A stretch of DNA of 64,000 nt from Callorhinchus milii. Taxonomy: Eukaryota. Numbering within the stretch: position 1 is the stretch's first letter; every line of letters starts with the position of its first letter. This document shows, piece by piece, positions 63,270 through 64,000 of the stretch. The DNA lies in contig NW_024704771.1 of NCBI RefSeq assembly GCF_018977255.1, forward strand, positions 3,968,001-4,032,000. Reading direction: 5' to 3'. The notes beneath the pieces are model-generated. The model searched no databases. It was not told where the DNA came from and saw only the letters and a list, made by a program, of their open reading frames with translations. The position numbers were made by a program, and so were the translations under genes.

Positions 63270-63505
63270 AATCCGTCCTTTGACCATGCCTTCAGCTCCC
63301 CTCTCGACTCTCTTCCTCCTCCTCGCTCCCTCCCTTCCCTCCCCTCACCCTGACCATTTCCCCCCTCCTCTCTCCTCCTCTCCCTTCCTCCCCTCACCCT
63401 GACCATTTCCCCCCTGCTCGGGTCATGACCCAACTGTGCAGCGCCTTGGGACGTCCTCCTGACGTGAAAGGCGCTCTATAAGTGGAATCTTGTTGTTGTT
63501 GTTGT
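63270..63505 (+). mobile_element. L2 3' end with 2 copies of the 46-bp unit
   Basis: Same tail as 1-432. Confidence 0.8.
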
Positions 63506-64000
63506 CCTCATTTCCACTCTAACCCGTGTGCGCGTCCCAGTGGTATCTCCACGGGACCGGCTCTCTAATCTGTAGCTGTTTGTTTGTCTCTGTTTAAACA
63601 TTTTCCCCTTCAGGACAGAACCCCCTCCTGCAGCACCAGAGGGTGAATGGGCCGTGGCCAGACCGGGCAGGTCTCTGGCTGCAGGTCTCTGGCTGTTGAG
63701 ATCAGTTGGTGTCTGGATTGTATCCAACGTGTGAAAGGGTTGGAATAAAGTGGACCTAAATGGGCCAGAGTGTGCATTGGAGAAACCTTTGGGAGTTTAA
63801 CCAGCGGTTATAATCCATAGGGATCTGACAGTAAAAAAGACGAGTGTGATTTGGGTTTTGAATCTGAATAAAAGAAGTGTTTGATTTGTTGAGAACGTTC
63901 TCTGACTGTATTCCATGAAGCCAGTGGGCACCCGACTGACAGGATAACCACAGAATGAAATGGTAATAACAATACTTCCATTTGACATTATCACATCATT

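Overview
Eukaryotic vertebrate DNA. The retroelement set (L2, CR1, Penelope-like, tRNA-derived SINEs) suggests a cartilaginous fish, but that is an inference. The window is a tandem cluster of class IV TRIM genes (RING - B-box2 - coiled coil - PRY/SPRY (B30.2); TRIM39/NF7/A33-like), which I label G1-G10. All share a 6-coding-exon plan of about 400/96/231-234/23/116/about 540 bp with GT-AG splice sites. G1 (5' end outside the window) and G2 are on +, G3-G7 on -, and G8-G10 on +. G3 has a 1-bp frameshift, G6 has lost exon 1 and part of exon 2, and an eleventh decayed relic lies at about 11.9-12.8 kb. The strongest signal is modular reshuffling of the PRY/SPRY exon. A recent ~7 kb tandem duplication with its junction inside that exon made G9 a G10/G8 chimera, and in a 130-bp patch G9 differs from G8 at 11 codons, all non-synonymous, although the flanking kilobases are almost identical. 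Other paralogs share exon segments across opposite strands, and a CpG island at about 24.5-25.1 kb has strongly AT->GC-biased flanks. All coordinates were read by eye and repeat boundaries are approximate.
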